DNA of 61,437 nt, from assembly GCA_016875135.1 (NCBI GenBank), contig VGSE01000001.1, forward strand, positions 1 to 61,437. The letters run 5' to 3'. Shown in pieces: positions 1 to 10,122 of the stretch (position 1 is its first letter; each line of letters begins with the position of its first letter). Both the position numbers and the translations under genes were made by a program. The stretch is from Deltaproteobacteria bacterium. GTDB lineage: Bacteria > Bdellovibrionota > FAC87 > UBA2466. Under the pieces are notes generated by a model. It saw nothing but the letters and a program-made list of their open reading frames with translations. It did no database searches and was not told the origin of the DNA.

Positions 1-83
1 TCTAAAATCTCTTACCGACAGCTTTCACTCTCTAGCAACACTGTAGAGTATTTTAGCGACTACTTGAAGTCTCTTCTCAAATG

Positions 84-121
84 ATAAAACGACTCCCTCC
101 TGTTTAGAGAGAGAGTCGTAG
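84..121 (-). terminator. Possible intrinsic terminator after the lipoprotein gene
   Basis: Imperfect hairpin ACGACTCcCTC (89-99) / GAGaGAGTCGT (109-119). On the minus strand it is followed by TTTTATCATTT, about 28 nt downstream of the stop at 147-149. The U-tract is short. Confidence 0.4.
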
Positions 122-146
122 ACTAAAATTCCCATTCTTAAATCTG

Positions 147-1235
147 TTAAGGCCTAACAATGATTGAGAAGTCACCCGTATAACAGGTGCGAAGTGTGTT
201 TGTTTCTCGGCTGACAGCGATACTAGCCAATTGCAACCTGTAAGAAACTCTCTGAGCTGTTGTGATCCCAGATGGCAATTGGAAAGTGATTAGAACGGCT
301 CCCGAGGCTCCAAAACCACTCACAGCATTTATGTAGGGCTGATTGGTCTCAATTTTCACATTCTGCAAAGACTCTCCAGTGGGTTGAAGAAAGGGGTTAA
401 CTGCCTCTGCTGTAATACTCACGCTTTGGCCACTTTTGACCTCATTCGGAGCTTGAAAAATATGGCAATTAAGATCCCGAGGTAAGAAGTAGAGAACTTT
501 TGTTGTAGCACCAATGAAATTACCTTGATTGTTTCTAGCTTCTACTCTTATCACAACTTCTCGTGAGACATATCTAAAGCGTTGAGATGAAGATTGTCTG
601 ATAGAAATGGTAGAACCGAAGACCTCCACTGAAACATCGGGATTGGACTCGGCTTGGGCAAAATAGAAAATACTGTCAGTGCGACCTGGCAAACTCGCTG
701 TCCAAACTGCCGTCTCAAAGGTATCAACAAGTGCAGCCCCAGAGATCTGTAAACTATTTAATGAGTTAATTCCAACTTGTCCGCTACATAATATTGGCGA
801 AGCCCCTGAGATATTAACGTAAGCCGTCACAGGATAGACTGCTTGGTTTTGGAAGGGGAAAACCGCAGTTACAGTCGCTTTTCTTGAATTGTTTGAACTC
901 ACAACAAAGGTCCTGAACTCATCATCAAGAATCTTAATTTTATCAAAACTAAATGCCAGATTAAGAGCTCCCCCATTCACAGTGACCTCATAAGTCACTG
1001 AGGATTGAGGAGTCACAGCAACTGGAAATGTATTAGTGTTATTGATACGTAAGGAACAGGTAGGGTCTTGGGTTGGAGGCAGCGTGCTCGAAGTCGAAGT
1101 CGACGTAGTCGTAGCAAAATTAAAGTTGGTAGTCGATGGGATTGAAGACCTGCGAGTCGCTGGCGACATTCCGCAACCGACTAATAGGGTTAAAGTAAAA
1201 GCTACCGTAGTTAGTTTTTTTAAGAACTGATTCAT
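147..1235 (-). CDS. Secreted lipoprotein of unknown function (beta-rich, Cys-containing repeated modules)
   Basis: 362-aa ORF. The N-terminus MNQFLKKLTTVAFTLTLLVGC has a signal n/h-region and an L-V-G-C lipobox, followed by a Ser/Thr-rich linker. No family recognised. Confidence 0.6.
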   Translation of the reverse strand: MNQFLKKLTTVAFTLTLLVGCGMSPATRRSSIPSTTNFNFATTTSTSTSSTLPPTQDPTCSLRINNTNTFPVAVTPQSSVTYEVTVNGGALNLAFSFDKIKILDDEFRTFVVSSNNSRKATVTAVFPFQNQAVYPVTAYVNISGASPILCSGQVGINSLNSLQISGAALVDTFETAVWTASLPGRTDSIFYFAQAESNPDVSVEVFGSTISIRQSSSQRFRYVSREVVIRVEARNNQGNFIGATTKVLYFLPRDLNCHIFQAPNEVKSGQSVSITAEAVNPFLQPTGESLQNVKIETNQPYINAVSGFGASGAVLITFQLPSGITTAQRVSYRLQLASIAVSRETNTLRTCYTGDFSIIVRP

Positions 1236-1412
1236 TGGGGGTCTCCTATTCTTAATCTAAGTTTCCTTAGTGAAAATCTTTGACTTTTATAGTCTGCAAT
1301 CAAGAGGCCGAAGTTAAGACTTAAGGTCTACAAGGTAAATTAAATAATAAAAACAGAAACTTATAATTTTGCCGTCCAATTTTTTGACACCCATTCAAAG
1401 AGTTTCTCATGT

Positions 1413-2711
1413 GTGTATTCAAAACGAGTTTTAAGAAATCTGACAGTTGCTCAACTTTTTTTCAACTGTCAGATCCCAAATCACTTCACATCGAGATTTG
1501 AATTAAGCCTTATTGAACCTTTTTCTATTCTGTGGCAAAACCCCAAGGAAATGGACAAAGAAATTGCCATACCGTCAGTTTGGGAAAAACTAGTTTCGCC
1601 GACTGAACCTGAATTTCCCAGAGGGATTTCACCGCAGATCCTTCTGACTCACGTCAAAAACACAGCCCCTTTTATTTTCAATGAAGCTCTTTCCTCAGCC
1701 CCTCAACAAAGCTACTTAAAAATTTTACGCCATACCGATGCCTGGCTTAAAAAGTTTCCCGAAGCTGAACTCAACCATGCAACTTACTTTGAATTGTGCG
1801 TTTCTGCCCATTGGGGAACGGTTGCTACGTTTGTCCCTACCGATGTTGATAATCAGATACGTTCTCGACTTTGGCACCCAGGTCTTCCTCTGGATCTTCT
1901 ATTTGCCATGGTGGATGTTGTTGAACAGGCATTAACTTGGGATGCATCTCCCGTTTCTGCCCGAGGGGTGAAAAGCCCTATCACTCATGACTATTTAAGC
2001 GGTCACCACGGAGAGTGGTTTAGTATTTCAGTTGCAGCCTATGGGGCATTAAGAAAAAGGCACCCTGAACGAGCCCAGGCTTTATCTGAAATGATTTTAA
2101 AGGAACTGGATCGAGAGCTCTCTATTTTCAATCAATTTCGAGAAGTCCGCGATGGCATTGGAGCCTTAAAAGCTGCCACAGTCATCGCTCACAATGCAGG
2201 CGATTTGGTTCGAGTTATGGAACTGTGGAACTTTGATCCGAACGACTTCTTAAGAACAGAGTTCGCCAAACGCGAGAGCCCATCGCATTTAAAAGGAGCG
2301 TTTCCGACTCTAAGCCATTTAAATCGACAGTATATGGCTATCGAAAATCACCGTAACTTTGCTCTGAGAAAACCCAAATGTTTAAGATCTCACGCCTCTC
2401 TACTCATTCCCCTAGGCCCTTTCTTTGATGATTGGGGAAAACAGATCGCTCAAAGCCCCCATTTAGACGAATTTGATCTAGGCTCTATCGTTGAGGCGCT
2501 TGTTGATGGTTGGATCTATTTAAAAGACCCTATAGGATACGCCAGAGCCTTAGCCGGCATGGAAATAGGAATCCAAGGCGGGCTTTCACGACTCTGTAAA
2601 CTTGTCCCCTCCAAAATGGCTAAGCAACTCTCTTCGGGAAAACTAAGAACGCTCACTTCTATTTCCCAATCCCGCTTTGAAAGCCAATGGAATCAGTTTG
2701 GTTTAAAGTAA
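1413..2711 (+). CDS. Hypothetical protein, no recognisable domain; start uncertain (GTG 1413 or ATG 1551)
   Basis: Long open frame of 432 aa. The GTG start lacks an SD, and a 10-bp perfect hairpin lies at 1440-1472 inside the annotated 5' end. The first ATG is at 1551. Confidence 0.5.
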   Translation: MYSKRVLRNLTVAQLFFNCQIPNHFTSRFELSLIEPFSILWQNPKEMDKEIAIPSVWEKLVSPTEPEFPRGISPQILLTHVKNTAPFIFNEALSSAPQQSYLKILRHTDAWLKKFPEAELNHATYFELCVSAHWGTVATFVPTDVDNQIRSRLWHPGLPLDLLFAMVDVVEQALTWDASPVSARGVKSPITHDYLSGHHGEWFSISVAAYGALRKRHPERAQALSEMILKELDRELSIFNQFREVRDGIGALKAATVIAHNAGDLVRVMELWNFDPNDFLRTEFAKRESPSHLKGAFPTLSHLNRQYMAIENHRNFALRKPKCLRSHASLLIPLGPFFDDWGKQIAQSPHLDEFDLGSIVEALVDGWIYLKDPIGYARALAGMEIGIQGGLSRLCKLVPSKMAKQLSSGKLRTLTSISQSRFESQWNQFGLK

Positions 2712-3539
2712 AAATTTAGAATGGAAACGGATATGGTCCTGAATGAAGGTACTAATAAAATAGTAACTGTGGTCATACCCTTTTTGATAACGAAGTTCCA
2801 ATTTCACATTAGCTTCAGCGCAGGCTTTTTCTAAATTTTCAGGGCGCAACGAGGTCTTTAAAAACTGATCCTCCGTCCCCTGATCCACTAATATCGGCCT
2901 GTCATACCCCAGTTTTTTAACTAAAAGAGTCGCATCGTAAGCCTCCCAGGCTTTGCGGTCCTCTCCTAAATACGCCGTAAAGGCCTTCTCTCCCCACGGC
3001 ACCGAACAAGGGTGAGTGATGGGAGCAAAAGCTGAAACCGAACGGTATCGCTCAGACTCTCGAATACCGATGACCAAAGCCCCATGGCCCCCCATAGAGT
3101 GGCCAAAAATACTTTTGCAGTCGGGAATAACTTTGAAGTTTGTCTCGATAAGTTCGGGGAGTTCCTGAGTCACATAATCGTACATTTGATAATTCTTAGA
3201 CCAAGGACTTTGCGTGGCATTGACATAAAACCCGGCCCCCTGCCCTAGATCCCAACTTTCTCCCTTTCCAGGAATATCCTCTCCACGCGGGCTAGTATCG
3301 GGCGCAACTAACATAATTCCAAACTGCGAAGCAAACCTCTGAGCATTAGCTTTGATAGTAAAGTTTTCTTCCGTGCAGGTTAAGCCCGACAGCCAGTAAA
3401 GAACCGGCACGGCTTGAGTTTCAGCCTCTTTTGGAACAAAGACCGAAAACCTCATCGTACAGGCATTAAGTTTTGAAGCATGAGAGAAGAACCCGACTTT
3501 ACCGTCAAAAGCTTTATGTGTGCTGATTATATTCAACAT
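2703..3539 (-). CDS. frmB: S-formylglutathione hydrolase (esterase D family)
   Basis: 278 aa. It has the GHSMGGHGA nucleophile elbow and a C-terminal GYDHSYYFI motif typical of esterase D/FGH. It lies 12 nt downstream of the class III ADH gene. Confidence 0.88.
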   Translation of the reverse strand: MLNIISTHKAFDGKVGFFSHASKLNACTMRFSVFVPKEAETQAVPVLYWLSGLTCTEENFTIKANAQRFASQFGIMLVAPDTSPRGEDIPGKGESWDLGQGAGFYVNATQSPWSKNYQMYDYVTQELPELIETNFKVIPDCKSIFGHSMGGHGALVIGIRESERYRSVSAFAPITHPCSVPWGEKAFTAYLGEDRKAWEAYDATLLVKKLGYDRPILVDQGTEDQFLKTSLRPENLEKACAEANVKLELRYQKGYDHSYYFISTFIQDHIRFHSKFLL

Positions 3540-3551
3540 GTGACAACAACC

Positions 3552-5628
<2,077 letters not shown>

Positions 5629-5644
<16 letters not shown>

Positions 5645-6297
5645 GGCTCTAAAAAGTGTCTGACCAATTCTTCAAAATTATCAAACTTCATACATGGCTT
5701 TGAAGTTATTCCAAAACCATAATTAACATGAAAATAGGGTACCCCTGCCATCACTGCCGACTCGTGGTCCCCTGCTGTATCTCCTACATAGACGGGCTTT
5801 TGTAAACTATTTCTCTTCACAACCAGACCAATATTTTCCCCTTTAGGGCGCTTCGTATTGCCGTGGCATTCGGTGTCTTTAAAGAGCTTTTTAAGTCCGG
5901 AATGGTGAAAAAAAGTATCGAGATAGATTTGTTGGCAATTACTAACGATAAATAGTTGATATTTCTCAGATAGCTGAAATAGCCCTTTTTGAACTCCCGG
6001 ATAAAGAATAGCCCCTTTTTGCCGAATGATCTCAATCTGCTCTTTAAAACACGCCTTAGCTGCACTCTCTCTACGCTCCTCGGACATGTCAGGAAAAAAG
6101 TTTTCGAAAATCTTAGCAATAGGAAACCCCATCATCCGGCCGATATCCTCCGGTGTTAGAGGGGTCTCACGTTCTATTTCGATTTTTTTTAGAGCGGTAT
6201 TCCAAGCACTGGCACACGCCGAGGTCGAATCCCAAAGAGTTCCATCTAAATCAAAAATCAAGCTATCATAAATTTTGGGTTCCCTGGAAACTATCAT
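5629..6297 (-). CDS. HAD-superfamily phosphatase (phosphoglycolate phosphatase-like)
   Basis: 222 aa. HAD motif I is FDLDGTLWDS and motif IV is GDTAGD. The ATG at 6297-6295 is preceded by AAGGAG-caggc, and both lie in or at the terminus of MITE copy 1. An alternative TTG start exists at codon 13. Confidence 0.8.
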
Positions 6298-6518
6298 GCC
6301 TGCTCCTTTGGGTGGGGTTTTTAAGAGGCTGGTCCGATGTGAATTTTCTTAAACTGTAAAAACTTATAGAGGACCAAGGTTATAAGATTTGATAAGTTTT
6401 CTTGGAGTTTCATTTGATAATTCACCTCATCGTCAAACGGCCAATAAATTCCCTGCCTTAAACCAACCTCATGGCCGTTTGAACCTCTTAAAAAGTCCAC
6501 TCAAAAGGGAGCAGGTAT
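6296..6518. mobile_element. MITE-like non-autonomous element, full copy 1 (223 bp)
   Basis: The terminal inverted repeats are about 35 nt: ATGCCTGCTCCTTTGGGTGGGGTTTTTAAGAGG at the left end, and the reverse complement of ATACCTGCTCCCTTTTGAGTGGACTTTTTAAGAGG at the right end. It is flanked by a perfect 9-bp direct repeat GAAACTATC (6287-6295 and 6519-6527). It has no ORF and an AT-rich core. It is roughly 80% identical to the copy at 7778-8002, in the opposite orientation. Confidence 0.85.
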
Positions 6519-6525
6519 GAAACTA

Positions 6526-7734
6526 TCAGGCTCTAACAAGGGTTCGAGCATGACGAGCATAAGCGATCCACAATTGCCAGGCAGTTTTAAACTCTCGTCG
6601 ACTTCGTTTCATTTCTATTTTCAAATTTTTTAATTTCTCTTGGTATTTTTCTTTCATTTCAGCTTTTCTTACTAAGTAATTTTGCCTCATTTCAAGCTTC
6701 ACGGCGAGGTAATCCTCTCTCAAGGTTTTCCACTTCTTACCGGCCTCTTCGACTTTCAGGCGAAAAGGATGGATAGACTCTGCCGGAACTCCTTCTCGAA
6801 TAAGTCGTCTTTCTTCCATCGCCACTTGAGCTTTAACAATAGTGGCTTGAGAAATTTTTTTAAGATTATACGCCGAACCCAAATACGATAGAATATTAAC
6901 CACCCATTTTGTTGGATCCCAATCATACCAGTGGATACCATTTCGATAGTCCGACTGAAACTGATGGTGGAAGTTATGGTACCCCTCCCCAAAGGCCAAA
7001 AAGGCCATAATAAAACTATCTCTTGCTGAGTGCTCATCACTGTAGGGTTGACGCCCTAATGTATGACAAAGTGAATTGATAAAAAAAGTGGAGTGATTCG
7101 TTAACACTAATCGCAAAGCAGCCCCGACGGCAAATCCACCTAACATCGAACCCATCCAATACCCAACTAGAGTCGGGAAAACCACGCCGACACCAAAGGC
7201 AAACCACAGATAATATTTGTGCTGCAGATAGACCCATTTGTCGTCGAGAAGGTCTTGAGCAAATTTGTCTTTGTAATTAGGGTCATCATCCACTATCAAC
7301 CAGCCTATGTGGGCGTACCAAAATCCTTGGTTGATATTATAGGGATCTTTTTCGGTATCTACATAGCGGTGATGCCTGCGATGATCGGTGGCCCACTTTA
7401 AGATAGAACCTTGAAAAGAGGCCCCTCCAAACAAAAGATAAAATAATCTGACCCATCCTCTGGCCGAATAGCTTCGATGGGCAAACAAGCGATGGTACCC
7501 ACCAGTGATGGACACCGTAGTCGCTATTCCCAAAACCAAAGTAAATACCCAAATTCTCCAATCAAACCCCTGAGTGTAGAGATAATAAGGAACCAAAGTG
7601 ATCGCGACTAAAGGACTAGCTACGAGGTAGACAACATTATGCCAACAAATTTTTCTTGGCTTAGGATTTTTGACCTCAACCGCTGTTAAATCTTGCATAA
7701 AACACTCTCCGAATTGGAATATTACTCCTCTCAT
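6526..7734 (-). CDS. Membrane acyl-lipid/acyl-CoA Delta-9 fatty acid desaturase
   Basis: It has three His boxes (HRLFAH, HRRHH, HNFHH) and TM segments, plus a charged coiled-coil-like C-terminal tail. The likely true start is MQDLTAVEV at 7698. Confidence 0.85.
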   Translation of the reverse strand: MRGVIFQFGECFMQDLTAVEVKNPKPRKICWHNVVYLVASPLVAITLVPYYLYTQGFDWRIWVFTLVLGIATTVSITGGYHRLFAHRSYSARGWVRLFYLLFGGASFQGSILKWATDHRRHHRYVDTEKDPYNINQGFWYAHIGWLIVDDDPNYKDKFAQDLLDDKWVYLQHKYYLWFAFGVGVVFPTLVGYWMGSMLGGFAVGAALRLVLTNHSTFFINSLCHTLGRQPYSDEHSARDSFIMAFLAFGEGYHNFHHQFQSDYRNGIHWYDWDPTKWVVNILSYLGSAYNLKKISQATIVKAQVAMEERRLIREGVPAESIHPFRLKVEEAGKKWKTLREDYLAVKLEMRQNYLVRKAEMKEKYQEKLKNLKIEMKRSRREFKTAWQLWIAYARHARTLVRA

Positions 7735-7777
7735 CTTTCAAGTTACAGTCAAAAGTTGGTTAGACTTACCAATTCAC

Positions 7778-8002
7778 ATACCTGCTCGCTTTAAGTGGGC
7801 TTTTTAAGAGGTTCAAACGACCATGAAGTTCGTGCACGGTGCGCAAGTTATTGGCCGTTTGACAGTGGGATGAATAATCAAATGAAACTCCAAAAAAAAA
7901 CTTGTCGAATCTTATAACCTTGGTCCTCTATAAGTCTTTGCAATTTAAGAAAAAATATATCGGACCAGCCTCTTAAAAAGCTCACTTAAAGGGAGCAGGT
8001 CT
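7778..8002. mobile_element. MITE-like non-autonomous element, full copy 2 (225 bp), inverted relative to copy 1
   Basis: The ends are ATACCTGCTCGCTTTAAGTGGGCTTTTTAAGAGG ... CCTCTTAAAAAGCTCACTTAAAGGGAGCAGGTCT. The flanking 9-mers CCAATTCAC (7769-7777) and CTAATTCAC (8003-8011) match at 8 of 9 positions. Confidence 0.85.
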
Positions 8003-8108
8003 CTAATTCACCCAAGATAATGCGATGCATTCATTTTGTAGGAAAAACAAACCCCTATCCAACCCAATATTTTCTTAAACCATCCCAATCTCTTAAACTT
8101 CAAATTGA

Positions 8109-8137
8109 TTGAGCAAAGCTTTAAACTTTTTTATACT
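8109..8137 (+). promoter_or_regulatory. Sigma-70-type promoter candidate for bcp
   Basis: -35 TTGAGC (8109-8114), 17-nt spacer, -10 TATACT (8132-8137). It sits about 34 nt upstream of the ATG, which has the SD AAAGGAG. Confidence 0.5.
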
Positions 8138-8170
8138 GCCTGCCACATGAATTTTTAAAGGAGATGTGAC

Positions 8171-8623
8171 ATGTTAAAAGCAGGTGATAAAGCCCCTAGT
8201 TTTTCTCTTCCCAGCGACAACGGAGAAGTTGTTTCCCTCAAAGACTTTAAAGGAAAAACCGTTGTCCTATATTTTTATCCGAAAGACATGACTCCAGGAT
8301 GCACACAAGAGGCCTGTGACTTTAGAGACGCCTCCACTAAATTTAAAAAATCGAAAGCCGTTATAATAGGTGTCAGTAAAGACTCTGTCGAAAGGCACAA
8401 TAAATTTAGTCAAAAATATGAACTCAACTTTCCCCTATTGTCCGATGGAAGCGGTGAAATCTGTGAAGCCTATGGTGTTTGGAAAGAGAAATCCCTCTAC
8501 GGAAAAAAATTTATGGGAATTGAGCGAACGACTTTTATCATCAATCCTCAAGGAAAAATTGAGAAGGTTTTTAATAAAGTAAAAGTCAAAGGACACTCCG
8601 AAGAAGTCCTTGGTGAGATTTGA
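8171..8623 (+). CDS. bcp: Thiol peroxidase / peroxiredoxin Bcp
   Basis: 150 aa. Contains VLYFYPKDMTPGCTQEAC, with the peroxidatic and resolving Cys in a CxxxxC arrangement. Confidence 0.9.
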   Translation: MLKAGDKAPSFSLPSDNGEVVSLKDFKGKTVVLYFYPKDMTPGCTQEACDFRDASTKFKKSKAVIIGVSKDSVERHNKFSQKYELNFPLLSDGSGEICEAYGVWKEKSLYGKKFMGIERTTFIINPQGKIEKVFNKVKVKGHSEEVLGEI

Positions 8624-8697
8624 TGAAAAAAAAGGAACTTCTCTAAAAAAAAGAGTTACCTTGGCTTCTCTAATAATTATCGGTATACCGTTTGCGT

Positions 8698-9402
8698 ATG
8701 GCTACTAAAGAGAACATTATTTATGCTTTGGATGTCGACTCTCTCGCCAGAGCAACTCCCTACATTGAAGCTCTTTCACAACATGTGGGAATGTTCAAGG
8801 TTGGTTTGGAGCTTATTACTTCCCAAGGGGCTCCCTCGGTTATTAATTATATCCATCGATTAGGCGGGCAGATATTCTTCGATGGAAAATTTGACGATAT
8901 TCCAAATACTGTAGGAGCGGCCTCAAGAGCGGTCTCAAGTTTAGGCGTCAAAATGTTCAACGTTCATGCTAGCTGTGGTTTGGATAGTATTAAAGCCGCT
9001 GCAGACAATAAGGGTAGCTCCTTACTTTTGGTGGTTACCGTTCTTACTTCCATTAGCGAAACAGAATCGACTCAAATCTTTGGAGCTCCTGCTCATGAAA
9101 AAGTGATCCAGTTTGCTCAAAATGCCAGGGAAGCAGGAGCCGATGGTATTGTTTGCTCTCCTCAAGAATTGGAGCTCTTGACTCAACTTTCTGACTTAAA
9201 GAATCTACTCAAAGTTACTCCCGGAATTCGGCCCTCCTGGGCTGAAGCCAATGATCAAAAAAGAATTTTAACCCCGGCTCAAGCGATAAGTCTCGGAGCA
9301 ACCCATTTGGTAATAGGTCGCCCAATCACCAACCCTCCGAGAGGAATTGGAACACCCGTCGATGCTGCTAAGAAAATTTTAGAAGAGATTCTCAATTGCT
9401 AA
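8698..9402 (+). CDS. pyrF: Orotidine 5'-phosphate decarboxylase
   Basis: Motifs: ALDVD, FKVGLEL, DGKFDDIPNT, and C-terminal LVIGRPI. The ATG at 8698 (MATKENIIYALDVD) is preferred over the TTG at 8692. Confidence 0.85.
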   Translation: MATKENIIYALDVDSLARATPYIEALSQHVGMFKVGLELITSQGAPSVINYIHRLGGQIFFDGKFDDIPNTVGAASRAVSSLGVKMFNVHASCGLDSIKAAADNKGSSLLLVVTVLTSISETESTQIFGAPAHEKVIQFAQNAREAGADGIVCSPQELELLTQLSDLKNLLKVTPGIRPSWAEANDQKRILTPAQAISLGATHLVIGRPITNPPRGIGTPVDAAKKILEEILNC

Positions 9403-10052
9403 CCCAAGAAGAAATCAAACAGCTTTTTGTTAAATCCAAGGCCTTTATTTTTGATAGCCATATCGTCTACACATCCGGGAAACACGGAAAGGCTTACGTC
9501 AATAAGGATGCTCTTTACCCTCACACAGCACTAACGAGTCTTTTGTGCCAACAAATTGCTCTTCATTTTGAAAAACTACAGATTGAAGCCGTTCTAGCCC
9601 CCGCTTTGGGTGGAATCATTTTATCACAGTGGATTGCTCATCACTTAAGCGAACTCTCTCAACGAGAGGTCTTGGGTGTCTATGCAGAAAAATCTAGCGA
9701 TGGAGAATCGTTTGTCATTAAAAGAGGCTACGACGATTTGATCCGAAACAAGCGGGTTCTCATCGTCGAGGACATTTTAACTACGGGGATTTCAGTGAAA
9801 CGCGTTGTGGAAACAGCTCGCCAGATTCCCTGCGATGTCATCGGTGTCGCAGCCCTTTGCAACCGAGGGGCTGTGACGGCAAGCCAAATTGGAAATGTCC
9901 CGGAGCTTTTCTCTCTCTTAGAAGTCAATCTTGAAACATGGGCCCCCTCCAACTGCCCCATGTGCCAGCAAAACATCCCCATTAACACCTCAGTCGGCAA
10001 AGGTAAATCCGGTGTCAGTCTCCCTTTAAGCTTAAAAGGTAGCGGACACTAA
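9396..10052 (+). CDS. pyrE: Orotate phosphoribosyltransferase
   Basis: PRPP-binding motif VLIVEDILTTGIS. The TTG start overlaps the pyrF stop. The last 13 codons and the stop lie inside the 40-nt palindromic repeat. Confidence 0.8.
   Translation: MLTQEEIKQLFVKSKAFIFDSHIVYTSGKHGKAYVNKDALYPHTALTSLLCQQIALHFEKLQIEAVLAPALGGIILSQWIAHHLSELSQREVLGVYAEKSSDGESFVIKRGYDDLIRNKRVLIVEDILTTGISVKRVVETARQIPCDVIGVAALCNRGAVTASQIGNVPELFSLLEVNLETWAPSNCPMCQQNIPINTSVGKGKSGVSLPLSLKGSGH
10010..10049. repeat. 40-nt palindromic (REP-like) element, copy A
   Basis: CGGTGTCAGTCTCCCTTTAAGCTTAAAAGGTAGCGGACAC is the exact reverse complement of 38050-38089. It is an imperfect palindrome centred on AAGCTT. It lies at the convergent junction between pyrE and the CoA-binding-protein gene. 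Confidence 0.8.
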
Positions 10053-10122
10053 AAATCTCGAGCAGTTTCAAGTAGCGATTCTTAACTAACTACCCAAAGT
10101 AAAGCCATACCTTTTGGTAGGG

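Noticed and set aside
2703-2711. The stop regions of the 432-aa hypothetical gene and frmB overlap convergently by 9 nt.
   Set aside because: This is a common consequence of compact genomes. There is no associated structure or repeat, so it is noted only as context.
7810-7830. A GGTTCAAAC string inside the MITE ends (also at about 21557 and 6470-6485 on the reverse complement) resembles a tRNA T-loop.
   Set aside because: There is no acceptor stem, anticodon arm or D-loop around it. It is part of the terminal inverted repeat. I found no tRNA or rRNA gene anywhere in the window.
6296-8002. The desaturase gene flanked by inverted repeat copies looked like a composite transposon.
   Set aside because: Each copy has its own, different 9-bp flanking duplication (GAAACTATC versus CCAATTCAC/CTAATTCAC), and the copies differ by roughly 20%. 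No duplication brackets the whole 1.7-kb unit. Two independent MITE insertions explain the data better.
10090-10120. The hairpin CTACCCAAAG / CTTTTGGTAG (9 of 10 bp, 11-nt loop) just downstream of the CoA-binding protein gene was a possible terminator.
   Set aside because: There is no U-tract on either strand and the stem is AT-rich. I could not distinguish it from chance, so it is not reported as a feature.
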